This document shows positions 1 through 14,148 of a DNA stretch of 64,000 bases, in pieces. This DNA comes from Octopus vulgaris (taxonomy: Eukaryota): contig OX597821.1 in the NCBI GenBank assembly GCA_951406725.2, positions 105,152,001 to 105,216,000 of the forward strand. The letters run 5' to 3'. Numbering within the stretch: position 1 is the first letter of the stretch; each line of letters starts with the position of its first letter. Under the pieces are notes generated by a model. The model was not told where the DNA came from, searched no databases, and worked only from the letters and a program-made list of their open reading frames with translations. The translations under genes and the position numbers were made by a program.

Positions 1-362
<362 letters not shown>

Positions 363-639
363 TGAATACACACAAACATGCACACACAGACCTGATGTTC
401 GAGTGACGAATGATAGTATTAGTTTATTTCAATAATGTAAAATTGTAAGTATTGCAAATAATGCGACGGGGTTCCAGAAAGTAATAGGAAACATTATATG
501 TGGGGCAAACCCGCAGTATTTCGGGCTTTGGCCGTGAGAAGCCAGATGATGCGACCTGCAGGCATCAGTCTCCCGATCGGCGTCATCTTCTCAACTTGTA
601 ATGCCACGTGTCGAGTCTTTGTTTTACAGTCCTTCTACC

Positions 640-1110
640 ATCTTCGTCGCTGGAACGAAGGAACAGCGAGCTTCCGTGAAATTCTGTTTTTTCTTTTGTG
701 AAGAAAACGGCAGCCGAAACAGCTTTCATGATTCAAACAGCTTACAAGATGGCTGCCTTGAGCAAATCCCAAATTTACAGTGGTTTACACACTTTGTGAA
801 TGGTGATGTGTCGCTTGAAGACCAACCACCTTCAGGATGACCGTCGTATGAAAACACCATTGAAAATTCGTGAAATGAACTTGGAGGATATTAACTGAAC
901 CATTGATGAAATTTTTCATATGAATGGTATGTGCTGGATCTCCTAGCAATGAATTTTGAGCGTGGATTAGCAAATGAAAAGAGTTGCAGCATAATTTGTG
1001 CCTTGCTTGCTCACGGAACATCAAAAGTAGTCACAACCGAATGAGTGCCGTGAACTGTAAGAACAGATTGAAGTTGATCCGGTCCTTTTATAAAAAGTCA
1101 TCACTAGTGG
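640..1110 (+). mobile_element. Decayed mariner transposase N-terminal (HTH) fragment
   Basis: Translation EQRASVKFCF...QWFTHFVNGDVSLEDQPPSG*PS matches the mariner EQR..IKFCF...WF..F..G..S.ED.PRSGRP motif; frameshifts and stops present. Confidence 0.8.
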
Positions 1111-1531
1111 TAGAACCTGGTGCTACGGAATTTACAGTTTCCAGCACTCCTTCGAATTGCAGAAAACCCGGCTGGACCGATGCATTGCTTCAAATGGAGG
1201 AAAACTTTCAAGGCGACAAAATGTAAGCATCTACAACCAACTGCAAACATAACATTGCAAGGATCCGGTTTATGTTTGGTACCCCCATGCAAATCCGGAA
1301 AATCACACTAAGCTGGAATCTAATTGATTAATATACTCTTCTATACAATAGCATACAAAATTGTATATCTATGTATTTTTTATCTATTTATCAATCTATC
1401 CATCCATCCATACATTTAGTTACGTATATGTCTGTCCGTCTGTCTCTCTTTCTCTCTCTCTACAGACACACAAACACACACACACACACACAAACACACA
1501 GACAGACACACAAACACAAACACACAGACAG

Positions 1532-1570
<39 letters not shown>

Positions 1571-1830
1571 AATGATAAGGATAAACATTGATTGATGTTA
1601 ATCAATAAGAACCAGTGGCTTAGCATATTTAAACATCCGAAAATTAAGAATTGTGTTACATAGAGGAATGACAACTAAAGTGGATACTCTATATGCTAAA
1701 CATAGACGTCAAGTCACCATTACCACGAAGAATGTTTTCTCAAGAAAAAAAAAACTCAGTAAAACGCCAAATTTTAAAAATGAGCAAGACAAATGAAAAC
1801 ATACGAAAAATAAATCGATTACCTACGTAC

Positions 1831-1997
1831 CATTGCTTTCACTTGTAATCATCGACGTATATAAACACGTAGATATATGTAAGTCGTGTGTGTATGTAGG
1901 AGGAGTGGTCTTTATGGAATCCTGTTTATTTTTTTCATACCAAAAATATGTATATGTGTGTCCATATACAATTCGGTATAAAACTGCAATATCGTTC
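1831..1997 (-). pseudogene. Candidate exon of decayed EGF-repeat gene
   Basis: Acceptor ctaatttaattttgtcatatacAG and donor aatg|GTACGT; 167 nt; peptides RYCSFIPN / IVYGHTYTYFW...HDLHISTCLYTS across two frames. Confidence 0.45.
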
Positions 1998-2159
1998 CTG
2001 TATATGACAAAATTAAATTAGCAATTCTACTAGCGTATATATTCACAACGATTACAACTAATGGGGTTTATATAACGGACTACATTTACTCAAAGGATAT
2101 TTTCTACCTATGGCCTGAATCCAAAGACAGGAATGTATAAAATGATAAATGTACTCATA

Positions 2160-2301
2160 TGATGTTGCTTTGGCATAGTTCCAGCAAACCTTTATGAACT
2201 TTCCAATAAACTGTCATCTACCTGTCTAATCATATTTCTGGTAATTAAATTAAGATTTTGCCAAGTGTTACACGGCTCTAATTGGGGTAACATAAACTGG
2301 C
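2160..2301 (-). pseudogene. Candidate exon of decayed EGF-repeat gene
   Basis: Acceptor ttatttatctatattAG after an 85-nt GT-AG intron (2386-2302); reads GQFMLPQLEPCNTWQN...; 3' boundary uncertain. Confidence 0.4.
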
Positions 2302-2386
2302 CTAATATAGATAAATAATCTCATTGTTTTCTACGACTGTCGAAGATTACTTTTCGAATGCAAGAGGTCAGATTAAATGTATATAC

Positions 2387-2512
2387 CTCTGCATGGCTAA
2401 CACATTTGTTTCGTGACAACGCAGTTCTGTGTTCTGTTCTTCTGGCAAATGCTTTCGTAAAAGGTAGGTGCAGCGTATACACGACCGTATATCACACTGA
2501 TAGCAATTGTCC
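2387..2512 (-). pseudogene. Candidate 126-nt Cys-rich (EGF/MEGF-like) exon
   Basis: Acceptor ttgccttttattAG, donor GAG|GTATAT; peptides DNCYQCD.. and APTFYESICQKNRTQNCVVTKQMC*PCRG resemble the C..NC..CD..TG.C..C.PGFYG..C...C..NC repeat. Confidence 0.55.
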
Positions 2513-2725
2513 CTAATAAAAGGCAATCTTTCTATATCACTAGGACTAATAAGATAATTCTGTGCCTTCGGAGAGACATCAAGACTGATTATATAGAGAA
2601 AAGTTTTTCAGTGTATTTGTGCACAAAAAAATAGTATTTTTTCAAACATAACCTAACTATACATACATATATACATACATGCATACATATATTCATTTAT
2701 ATATTTATACATATGAGTATCGGTT

Positions 2726-2779
<54 letters not shown>

Positions 2780-2830
2780 TCTATATCTATATTTATATAT
2801 ACGCGTGTGTTTGTATATATATATACATAC

Positions 2831-2865
<35 letters not shown>

Positions 2866-3022
2866 CACATTCATACATATATATGTATGTATATATGTAT
2901 CTATGTGTATATACATGTACATTTCTCGGTATACACACACACACATAAATATATATATATATGTTGTCTACATAATCTCATAATTGCTCCCTCGGGAATA
3001 TAAGTATTTACAATTGGCATAC

Positions 3023-3155
3023 CACCTGGTAAATTCACTTATTCGGCAAACAATGTTTAGTAAGTAAATGTTTAGTTAGTACATCCGATATATTTCACTA
3101 AAACATTAAAGTCCGTAGACCCCATTTGGCCATGAACATTTATTACACTCAGTAT
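3023..3155 (-). pseudogene. Candidate Cys-rich (EGF/MEGF-like) exon with stops and frameshifts
   Basis: CNKCSWPNGVYGL*CFSE..GCTN*T..TKHCLPNK*..LPG, ending at donor GTG|GTATGC. Confidence 0.55.
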
Positions 3156-3522
3156 GTGAAGAAAATATTATACAAAAGTTCTGCTCTGATTTATCGAAGT
3201 TATATTCTCTTGGCGATTACTCTTGATCAAACATATTAATATTCAGCACGTCTTGTTGTCAAAAGCCAGGATATTTAGAATATGTGCCTGTGGAGTTCAG
3301 CTAACGGGTCCATAATTATTTATTTGTTTTATATACATAACTTATCATTTGTCTTTATTTCTAAATAAAGAAAAACATTAGAAAGAAGAAAGCAAACATT
3401 GAAAACTAAATGAATAAATAGAAGAAAGAACTAGAAAAAATATCTTAGATATTGATTGGAATTACATACATCGACTTCGAGTGTAAACGGTAATGGCAAT
3501 TAAACTTAAGTGAAGAGAGTAA

Positions 3523-3922
3523 TCTCCCTATATATAAAGCTGAAGTTGCCTGTGTGTCTGGCAGGTTTCGTAGCCTTTAACTAACACTATCTCCTCCGAG
3601 ACCCTGCGGCGCAAGTTGAGCAAACTGGAGAGTGTGATAGTCGAAGGCTTGCTCTTCAATCCGTAGTAAGAAAATTTCAAATCGGACCATGTTAACACCA
3701 AAAATTATATACGTAAAAAGATGCATTTTTTCTATGAAAATACCTATTTTATTACGATTTTTTGACTGCAGTATGGTTATCTTTTGGTGTATTTCAACCA
3801 GAAAAATGTTCACTTAAAGAGAATAACAAGCTGCATAATGTAAAATTTTTACTTTTCAAAAATTCCAATTCTAAAGGGTCGAAAAGAAAACAAACCCGAG
3901 CAACGCTGGGCTATACTGCTAG
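3523..3922 (+). mobile_element. Complete non-autonomous Helitron (400 bp)
   Basis: Starts A|TCTCCCTATATATAAA, ends CTAG|T, with sub-terminal GC-rich hairpin CCCGAGCAACGCTGGG; no TSD. Confidence 0.85.
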
Positions 3923-3944
3923 TATCCTTTGAAATATAGCTGGA

Positions 3945-4140
3945 AGGCCCGAAATGTTGGTGAAGGAGCCAGTCAATTAGATCGAAACCAATAAATGACA
4001 GGTACTTATTTTATACACCCTGTAATGGAAAAGATGTGAAGACCATTCCAGCTGAGATGGAACTCAGGATGGAAATACAGAGGAAATGTCGGTAAGTACT
4101 TTGTCTGGTTAGCTAACGATACTGCGAGCCCGTTGCCTTG
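3945..4140 (-). mobile_element. Old SINE copy (same family as 57050-57270 and 60710-60938)
   Basis: Diverged match to ggtacttattttatcgacccc...gaactcag...gctaacgat..gc motif. Confidence 0.65.
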
Positions 4141-4526
4141 ACTGAAATTAGTAATATCGAATATCACATAATATTTTATGCGACGTGTTAACAATCTGTT
4201 ACAAAATGATTGAAATTCGCTACGCTGGTTTATAAAATAAAAATAAGAAAAGAAAACGTGAAGGGAGTGACAAATTTAATTACACATATTATAGTATTTC
4301 TCATGACAGTTGACGTAGAGAAACCCATATTACTGGCATATATATATATATATGGCAAATTTTTCTTCCGTCTTCCATTTATATTGATCTTTCCTCTGCT
4401 CGAAACGTGAACCCACATTTCATTCCTTTCCTCGTCCTCACGTTGGTGTTTCTTTTTGGTTTTGTTCCTCGTTGTGTGTGGATTTCCTATACATACAATC
4501 ACACACATACTTATATATATATATAT

Positions 4527-5770
4527 GATTGATTGATTGATTGATTGATTGATTCTAGTTTCAGCTTATGAGCTGTGGCCATGCTGGGGCACCGCCATTT
4601 GGTGTTGCTACTTGGTTTCACTTCACGAAAGCTTTCTAGCAACTGCCATTTGGTGCATGAGAGAGTTCGATGCAGCTGCCCTCATCTGCACCTCCTGCCG
4701 TGAAGTTGGTTCATCTGGGACACCTGACAGGAACAGATCCAGCTTAATTTTAAAGACATCTGCATCCACCCCATGCAGCTCTCTCAGGTTCTTCGGGAGA
4801 ATATTGAAGAGCTGTGGGCCTCGGAAGCCCAGGCTATCACAGAATCTTGTCCTACATCTTGATGGCAAGTTTGGAGTCCTAGGCACCACGCAGTGGCGCC
4901 GAGTTCTGGCATTTGCGTAACTCTCGATGCCAAAGTTCAGGACACGTCCCTCCAGGATCTTCCAGATGTATATTATGGCATATCTTTCCCGCCTACGCTC
5001 CAGGGAATATAGTTTTAATCTCTTGAGTCTTTCCCAGTAGCTTACATTCTGCATAGAGGCTATCTTCTTCGTGTAGCTACGTTGGATCGCTTCGAGCTCT
5101 GTGATCAACTTGACACTGGATGGTGACCATAACTGAGAGCAGTAGTCAAAGTGGCTTAGGACAAGTGTCCTCCAGAGGACCATCATGGTTTCTTGTTCTC
5201 TTGTTCTAAAGGTTCTGAGGATCCATCCGGCCAGTCGTCTACATTTCATTGCCAATTTAGCAACATGTACACGAAAGGTCGCGTCATCACTCATGTAAAA
5301 ACCTAGGTCACGCACTTATTGTGCCTCTGGGATTGCTATTCCTCCGGGTCCAGTGTATTCATTGGGTATTGCATTTATTTTTGCATGCTGATATTATAGA
5401 GCTTGAAACTTTTCAGCATTGAACTGCATGCTATTCTTTACGGCCCACTTGTATATTTTGTCTAGCTGACATTGCAGGTGTTTAGTGTCCTCAGGGTTCT
5501 GTATTGCCTGTGAAACTTTTGTATCATCTGCATAACTTGTGATCGTGGCTCTCTGCGTGGCTGAGAGCATGTCTGAGAGGGCCATTATGAACAGTAGTGG
5601 TCCCAGAACAGTGCCCTGCGGAACACCGCTCACTATTTGCGTGTTAATGGAAGTGGCCCCATTGGCCACTACCACCTGACTTCTATCTTTCAGAAAGTTA
5701 TGAAGTCATTCTCCCAGTTTTCCAACTATGTTGAGATCACGCAGTTTGTGACATATCATTCCATGATCAT
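4527..5770 (-). mobile_element. 5'-truncated LINE (CR1/L2/Jockey-group RT, C-terminal half)
   Basis: ORFs 5394-5675 (SGVPQGTVLGPLLF, YADD) and 4623-5315 (YCSQLWSP, LYSLERRRER); 3' tail (TCAA)n at 4527-4553. Confidence 0.95.
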
Positions 5771-5800
5771 ATATATATATCCATATATATTATATATATG

Positions 5801-5862
<62 letters not shown>

Positions 5863-5873
5863 CCTATACATAT

Positions 5874-5948
<75 letters not shown>

Positions 5949-6100
5949 GAAATGTCGTATATGTTGAATGTGAGTTAAATGAAATAGCATTTTATGGATT
6001 ATATAATATCTTAAGTTGCTCATATGACCATCTCACTCCCCACTCTCTCTCCCTGTACATGCATACACACATATGTAAATACTATATATATATATATATT

Positions 6101-6140
<40 letters not shown>

Positions 6141-6706
6141 TGTGTCTGTGTATACATACATACCAAGCTGATGTCTCAAAAGTTATCCGTCTGACAATAT
6201 TCAATTCAATTCCTTATTATCTTCTATTCTCATATACATAGAAAATAAATTAAATACCGTTCAGTTAGATATGATTTTCATACTTATGAGTTTAACCGAA
6301 TTATTAATAGTTGGATGAAATTTTCACATAAGAACAATACTTCATATATACACATGGAGGCAAAAGAGGTGGTGATACGGAGTCGTAACTCCCCACTAAA
6401 CTGTACTACTGGTTTAAATCTATTAATATTTGATTTGTGTATATAAGGCAGTAAAAAAAGAAAGCTTGCGTAATTGTTAATAATGATAAATAATTCTTAA
6501 GAGATTATCTGTTCCTTAAAATTTATTGTTGCTCTCAACAGTTTTCAGGCGGCATTCACGAACATTAATATACAATATTACCACCCTGTTATTTCTAGAT
6601 ATATATAAAGAGCTCGGTGCCGCATATTAGTTGCTAAGATTTAATATATTTCATAAAGTAAATGTTGGTTACATGCTTCCTCGTGCAAAACTGATTAAAT
6701 GTGTTA

Positions 6707-7013
<307 letters not shown>

Positions 7014-7570
7014 TGAGTGGCGTGGAGAGAGATTGTTAGAAGTGATGTACAGCTATTCTATAGTGAGGAAAAATGAGGTCACACAGAGTTTTATAAAAAA
7101 ACTTTTCTTTATTCATTATTATTAAATCTTTCGTGCATTTTCGAACTTGTCTAATAAGATTGTGAATGTGCAAACAGGTTGTTAATTTATATTAAAGATA
7201 CGTTTTTTTTTTGTTTTCTTCAGAAAGAGAACATTTGGGGGGGGGGAGGCTCGGGGTTACGTTGCAGGACCATGGGGATAGACATGTAGATAGATAGACA
7301 GAGTGATAGATTGATATACAGATAGATTGGTAGAGATAAGAAGGAAGGAGGGATTCTCTTCACATTGACATCTCTTCACCATTCACTTATTTATTGACTT
7401 ATTTAGTCAACAGACATCTCTAAGATGTCGCGTCTAGGATGGCAAAAATAATGAAAAACGGATGGGATGCGGTCTTCTTTTAAAGCATTGTTATTCTTTT
7501 TTTTTTTCGTTTTCCTAAGGTGGCAGAAGGAAGATAAGAGTTTCCTTGGAAAGTGAAATATATACATGAA

Positions 7571-7611
<41 letters not shown>

Positions 7612-7654
7612 CTGTGCGTGTGTGTGTGTTAATGTGGGGGCTATGCGTGCTTGC

Positions 7655-8083
<429 letters not shown>

Positions 8084-8099
8084 GAATATTTATAGAAAT

Positions 8100-9910
8100 G
8101 AGCATCATGTTTCCAATATCGGAGCTACGTTTAGACTCAAAAATGAAAAGTCCCTGCTTTCTCTTTCAAACTTTCAATTTTGGAGAGAAGTTTTTTATGA
8201 AGTGTAGTTCCATTGCTTCTCGGTATTGAAGGTTCATCCTATGAACATTTGTAAATGGATAATATTTTCAATTTTTCGTCGCTGTCTATTTGAATAGCTT
8301 GCTCAACCTAATATTGTGCGTAATTCCTCTTTTCAAATATGCTGCTTATGGATTGTTGCATGTTGGTAGAAGGAATTTTTTGTTTCGCCAATATAATTTT
8401 CTTTGCAGTTGGGGCAGGTAATGCAGTATATGAGGTTCTGTGCTTTGCAGTTCATGCCTGTATTTATTATGAATGCCACGCCGCTCTTGAACTTTATGTG
8501 GGAAGCACTTTCTAAGTATTTAAATTTGTAGATGTTGTTGCATGTTCCACATCTCCTATCCATTCTCTGATGTGAATTCTGCTCTTGTTAGGTGTTTTTA
8601 ATATTTTTGGTTGGCGTCTGCTATTTCGTAAGGGGTTCTTCCCCTATTGGAGTTTTCAATTTGGGGATTTGTAGGAGTATAGGTAAGTTCGATTTTATTG
8701 CGGGAAAGCTGTAGTTTATCCCAGGGCTGTGTTTGTTAACAATCAGAATCGAGTGTTCATTATTTCTTTCCTGATATCTCCTCAGTCGGGTGAAACTCAG
8801 TATCAACCCCTTATTTAATCCCCTCATTAATTAATCCTGAGGAGTGCTTCAGCATTGTGAAGAGGTCTTTGAGGTAATTGCGTCGGATTTCACGTATTTT
8901 GGGGTCCGACATTATATCACAGATGTGTCTTGCTATACAGTATGGTATGTTTATTTCGATGTGTGATGGATGTTAAGAATAGAGGTTTAAATATCGGTGT
9001 GTCAGATTTTTGTAAAATATGTCTGTTACGACTGTGGAGTTCTGTATTCTTAAGTGGATATCCAGGAATTGTAATACATTGCTACTGGATTCTGTCTTAA
9101 ATTTCGTGAATGGGTGACGTGTGTTCGGTATATTGATAAGTATATATAGGTCCTCATTTTATCTGTCCTAAAACATGAAGCAATCACATAAGAAGTGTTT
9201 CCACTTTTTAATGATATGTTTTATTGTCAAATCTAAAGGTATTTTCGTCTAGTACTGGGCGTGTGGTCTGTTGATGAAGTCAGTCTTGAAGCGTTCATTT
9301 ATCCGTCCTCTATGTTTCTATAACCAGAGTGGTCTAATCTAGACCCAAAGCGTGAGGTTTATTGGTATAAAGATTGATAACATCAACACTTGTAAGTATA
9401 GTACCTTCTTGGACAGTAGGCGGGTTGAGCTTGATGAAATCTATGTCATTTCATATATAACTGGGTATTTAAGAGCATAAATAATTTAGGTGTAAGTATA
9501 AAAAATAACTGAGTTTTGTTGGTGCCTGAGGTCTCGCAACTATTGTTCTTAGTTCGAGGTCAGCATTTTTTTAATGTATTGGTTCTTCTGTTTATTTATG
9601 GTACATTGTACTTTGGAGCTTTTGCGAATTTTGGGCATTCCGTAAAAATGTTTGATTACAGAGTTGCATATATAATCTTTAACCTTGTCTGTGAAGCAAT
9701 CTTTGTATTCATTTACTATTGTTCTGATATTATTCATTATTGTTTTACTGGGTATCTTGGTTCTTCCTTGCAGAAGGTTTGGTTAGTTAAAATGTTCAAT
9801 ATCTTATCTTCATACTAGTCCTTGTCCATGATTCCTATTGCTGCTCCCTAATCAGCTTCTTTTAGGACAATTATGTCTTCATTCTTTAGTGTGAATAACG
9901 ATGCCTTAAC
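8100..9910 (-). mobile_element. Decayed Penelope-like element (RT plus GIY-YIG endonuclease)
   Basis: 8333-8563 RCGTC...NLIYCITCPNCKENYIGET (GIY-YIG); 9549-9737 FYGMPKIRKS (PLE RT N-terminal motif). Confidence 0.9.
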
Positions 9911-9959
9911 TTCTTCACAGAGTTTGCTTGCAAATATAGGTATTTATTATTTTATTCTT

Positions 9960-10210
9960 TTATTTGTTCAGTCATTTAACTTCGGCCATGCTGGAGCACC
10001 ACCTTTAGTCGAGCAAATCGAAAGCAGGACTTATTCGTTGTAAGCCTAGTACTTATTGTACCGCTCTCTTTTATCGAACCGGTAAGTTACGGGGACGTAA
10101 ACATACTAGCATCGGTTGTCAATAGATGTTGGTGGGGACAAACACAGATACACACAGAGGCACACATACGCATACACACGCGCACACAGACACGCACACA
10201 TACACACTTA

Positions 10211-10263
<53 letters not shown>

Positions 10264-10412
10264 GACGGGCTTCTTTCAGTTTCCGCCTACCAAATCCACT
10301 TACAAGGATTTAGTCGGCCCGAGGCTATAGTAGAATACAAATGCCGAAGATGCCACGCAGTGGAACTGAACCTAGAACCATGTGGTTTGTAAGCAAGCAT
10401 TTTTCCACACAT
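9960..10412 (-). mobile_element. tRNA-headed SINE with internal microsatellite
   Basis: Minus-strand head ggttcagttccactgcgtggca (B-box-like); shares body with 39440-39858, 48025-48190 and 50752-50992. Confidence 0.88.
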
Positions 10413-10539
10413 ACACTCGAGCGTCTATAGGAGAAGTTTTGAAATTATGTCAATATACGCGTCTAAATTTCCCATGTACGAGTGAACTCTATACATATTC
10501 AGGTATACACACACACATACACAAACACACACACACACA

Positions 10540-10728
10540 TGATAGATCGTTAGGTCCTACACGCATTTTTTCTCTCCTTGTTTTTTTCTGTGTATCTTTC
10601 TGTCGAAGAGCGTAAGCTCGAAGCGTAAAAGACTTTTTCTATTTCTATTCCTGAGCGCTATACTAATACATTTGTTTGTCTGTACTCCACCTGCCTTCGT
10701 CTTTTGTTTATTTTCGTAAACTTTCCCG

Positions 10729-10732
<4 letters not shown>
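10540..10732 (+). mobile_element. ~190-bp non-coding repeat carrying a hammerhead-like motif
   Basis: Reverse-complement homologue at 33195-33375; both flanked by microsatellite. Confidence 0.8.
10595..10632 (+). ncRNA. Minimal type I hammerhead-like motif (variant core)
   Basis: TCTTT-CTGTCGA-A-GAGC gtaa GCTC-GAAG-CGTA-AAAGA: stems I and II perfect; core deviates from CUGANGA/GAAA. Confidence 0.55.
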
Positions 10733-10773
<41 letters not shown>

Positions 10774-10788
10774 TAAATAAATATATAT

Positions 10789-10884
<96 letters not shown>

Positions 10885-10907
10885 ATATTTTATATATACA
10901 TATATAT

Positions 10908-11255
10908 ATATAACATTGGATTATTCTAACGTTATGTATTTTTCTAATTTCTAAACATTATTTGTTCATGCAAAATATGAAATTCAGAGTCAACGTAAGG
11001 AATGGAAAAATACACTATTAATGTTGTTTCTTCTCCAATATTTATAACATGATACCAATATTTATAACCTGATATTCATTTCTATAACATTAGGTTTCTA
11101 TTTTCTAATTTGTAAATATTGTATTAATTTCTTAGTCGTGCAAAAATATGAAATTCGAGGAGACCTGACTTTATTTTTCGATGGAAAACATCGAAATGGC
11201 ACAGTGTAGGCATAGCCGTATTTCCAAACACATAACCTCACAGGTACACATACAC
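10908..11255 (+). repeat. Inverted partner of 7655-7985
   Basis: See 7655-7985; carries small internal duplications (ccaatatttataac twice). Confidence 0.75.
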
Positions 11256-11297
11256 ACACATACAAACTTACAAACACTGACATACAAACATACACAC

Positions 11298-11434
<137 letters not shown>

Positions 11435-11435
11435 T

Positions 11436-11535
11436 ACGACGGGCTTCTTTCAGTGTTTCCGTCTACCAAATCCACTCATAAAGCTTTGGTCGGCTAGAGG
11501 CTATAGTAGAAGACACTTGCCCAAGGTGCCACTCC
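11436..11535 (-). mobile_element. SINE fragment
   Basis: acgacgggcttctttcag...ccaaatccactc...cccaaggtgccac matches 10263-10360. Confidence 0.85.
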
Positions 11536-11540
11536 TGCGC

Positions 11541-11583
<43 letters not shown>

Positions 11584-11639
11584 CAGGTACACACGCACAC
11601 ACACACATATATATATATATATTAGCGAAATATGTATGA

Positions 11640-11745
11640 TTTTAATCTAATAATGTCTTCGCTGCATACAACGAAACGAATATATTGTGTATGTATACAC
11701 TTGGGTCTGTAGATATTTACAATTCCGTAAACATTGATAACCAAC
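11640..11745 (-). pseudogene. Candidate Cys-rich exon
   Basis: Acceptor atccactatttcAG followed by GYQCLRNCKY; donor not identified. Confidence 0.35.
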
Positions 11746-12074
11746 CTGAAATAGTGGATTAAATGATGGATAAGGTATTCAGATAAACATAAAAATATAA
11801 ACATCTCTCAATACTTTCTAAACGACAAAAGACACAATGGTATCTCATCAGATGTTTTCAATGATTAAGTTAGTATTTATTTATGTATATGATACAAGGG
11901 AAATTGAGATCGAAAAGGGAAAACGCTGATTTTATCGGTGTTGAGTTAAATGGTGGCTCCATTCAGTTAGTGATAAAACATATAAATGTGGACATAAATT
12001 TTGTTATCTCGGATGTTTGTCTGTGATATTCATGCTGTTTGTTTAAATTGTATCATTTTTGTATCTATCAATTA

Positions 12075-12148
<74 letters not shown>

Positions 12149-12212
12149 ATGTATGTGTGTATATATGTATGCATCTGTATATTTATCCATATACACATAT
12201 GTGTATGTATAA

Positions 12213-12251
<39 letters not shown>

Positions 12252-12263
12252 TGTGTGCCAGCG

Positions 12264-12294
<31 letters not shown>

Positions 12295-13342
12295 ATAAAT
12301 ATATACATGTGAGTGTGTGTGCTTGTGCGCGTGTGTTCTTGGTGAGAGAAAGGAAAAGGAATGAGAGAGTGACGTAGCGGAGAGGAAGGGCGGTGTCTGG
12401 GACAGAGCGATACAGAGATGTATATGTAGATTATATTTAAAAATGATTTATCCCACTGTGAATGTAATTGACCCATTGTCACTAAGATAAATTTGTGATA
12501 TGAAAATTTCATTCATACTTTTGTGTACATTTTTATTCATTTTACACTTTGTTAATCGGTTTACGATTGTATTTTACAAGTCAATTATATATCACGTTTC
12601 AATTCGCAATACTACTTTAGGAATCACAAAAGCTCCTACTGAAATTCATTACAATTATCATAATAACGCCATCCAGTGTTATTCTAGTTAAAATTGCAGT
12701 GTTACTATGTTGTTTTAAAAATCTGCTCGTATTTTGAGAAAATGATTACAATTATGTTTTGAATAGCTAGTATCTGTTATATTTCATCTAGTATTCGTTG
12801 GAATCACGAGAGAGTAAAGGCCTCAATTCTTTGAGCCCTATCTCCCCTGGAGATATAACATGCGTGGCCTCTCCCTAAGCATGAACCGTGTGCATATATG
12901 AGTATTATTCATGTCGTTCATAATTTGCCATTAGTTTAACTCCCCTGATGTTTGACTCCTCTTCGCATTGCCGAAGCTGTAATATCTCAATGGGAAGAAA
13001 ATGTGTCTCGCCGTGCAGAGATTACCTGATCTCCGAGCTAAGCACTTTGCCGCGTAGTGTTATACAAGTGATACAGCGAATGGTCCCAATTCTGGCTACC
13101 TGCATTCGCGATCGCACTCTTTCCATCACTGTTGATTTACGTAATATTGAAATCGCCTGAGTACGAATGTCCTGAATTGGCACAATCGTCAACAGTCCGC
13201 GCGAGAGGCATGGCTTCATTTCGTCCATCTTTACGATCTCAATTCAAATTCTGTGAGGTTGACATTTCTTTCATCTTTCTGGAGAATGTTAAAGTAAGTC
13301 CCAGTTGAGAACTACGGCGAATATAATTGACTCACGCTTCCT

Positions 13343-13455
<113 letters not shown>

Positions 13456-13458
13456 TAA

Positions 13459-13788
13459 AGGCGCGTGGCTCAGTGCTTAGAGCGTCGATCTTACGACTGT
13501 GAGGTTGTGGGTTCGAATCCCGGACCGTGCTGCATGTTGTGTTCTTCAGCAAGACACTTTATTTAACGTTGCTTCAGTTCACTCAGCTGTAGAAATGAGT
13601 TGCGGCGTCACTGATGCCAAGCTCTATCGGCTGTTGCATTTCCCTTGGATAACACTGGTGGCGTGGAGCGGGGAGGCTGGTATGCATGGGTGACTGCTGG
13701 TCTTTCCATGAATAACCTTGCCCGGACTTGTACCTTTGACGGTAACCTTCTAGGTGCAATCCCATGGTCATTCGTGGGTGGTCTCCGC
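13459..13788 (+). mobile_element. tRNA-derived SINE (second family)
   Basis: A box tggctcagtgct and B box ggttcgaatccc, followed by a body shared with 23845-24135 and 35335-35635. Confidence 0.88.
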
Positions 13789-13792
13789 ATAT

Positions 13793-13873
13793 ATATACTT
13801 AGATACGCTCAACCACACAATATACTTAGATACGCTCAACCACACAATATACTTAGATACGCTCAACCACACA
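13793..13873. repeat. 27-bp tandem repeat x3
   Basis: atatacttagatacgctcaaccacaca repeated three times. Confidence 0.95.
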
Positions 13874-14066
13874 CGCACATATATGCATGCATAAAAACAC
13901 ATGCTTGCAATCCTCAGATGGGAGATAAAGTCTTGGATAAACTGTTTTGATCGATAAACGAAGATCAGTATGCAAACAAAACTTTACATTACTGTATATC
14001 CATTTCCATTTCTTTTCGTTTCTGAACGGCTGAAAGAGAGCTGGATGTAAAATTTAACGAATTTAC

Positions 14067-14148
14067 CTCATTCAGTTTGTTTTTTTCTTGTGCTTTATAT
14101 AAACATTCACGCATTAAATAATACACTGTGTATTCCGTACCGGTGTAT
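14067..14148 (-). pseudogene. Candidate 82-nt exon
   Basis: Acceptor gaactttcAG, donor GAG|GTAAAT; open frame YTGTEYTVYYLMRECLYKAQEKNKLNE. Confidence 0.3.

Noticed and set aside
11800-11856. Minus-strand CTGATGA...GAAA
   Set aside because: Stem II does not close next to GAAA and there is no proper UH site.
12800-13230. Possible Tc1-like transposase remnant (also 16490-16790)
   Set aside because: Motif similarity too weak to support by eye.
13459-13530. tRNA-like sequence (also at 21172 and 48030)
   Set aside because: Continues into a repeated SINE body and lacks a complete cloverleaf; not a tRNA gene.
13793-13873. 27-bp repeats resembling a CRISPR array
   Set aside because: No spacers, and the context is eukaryotic.
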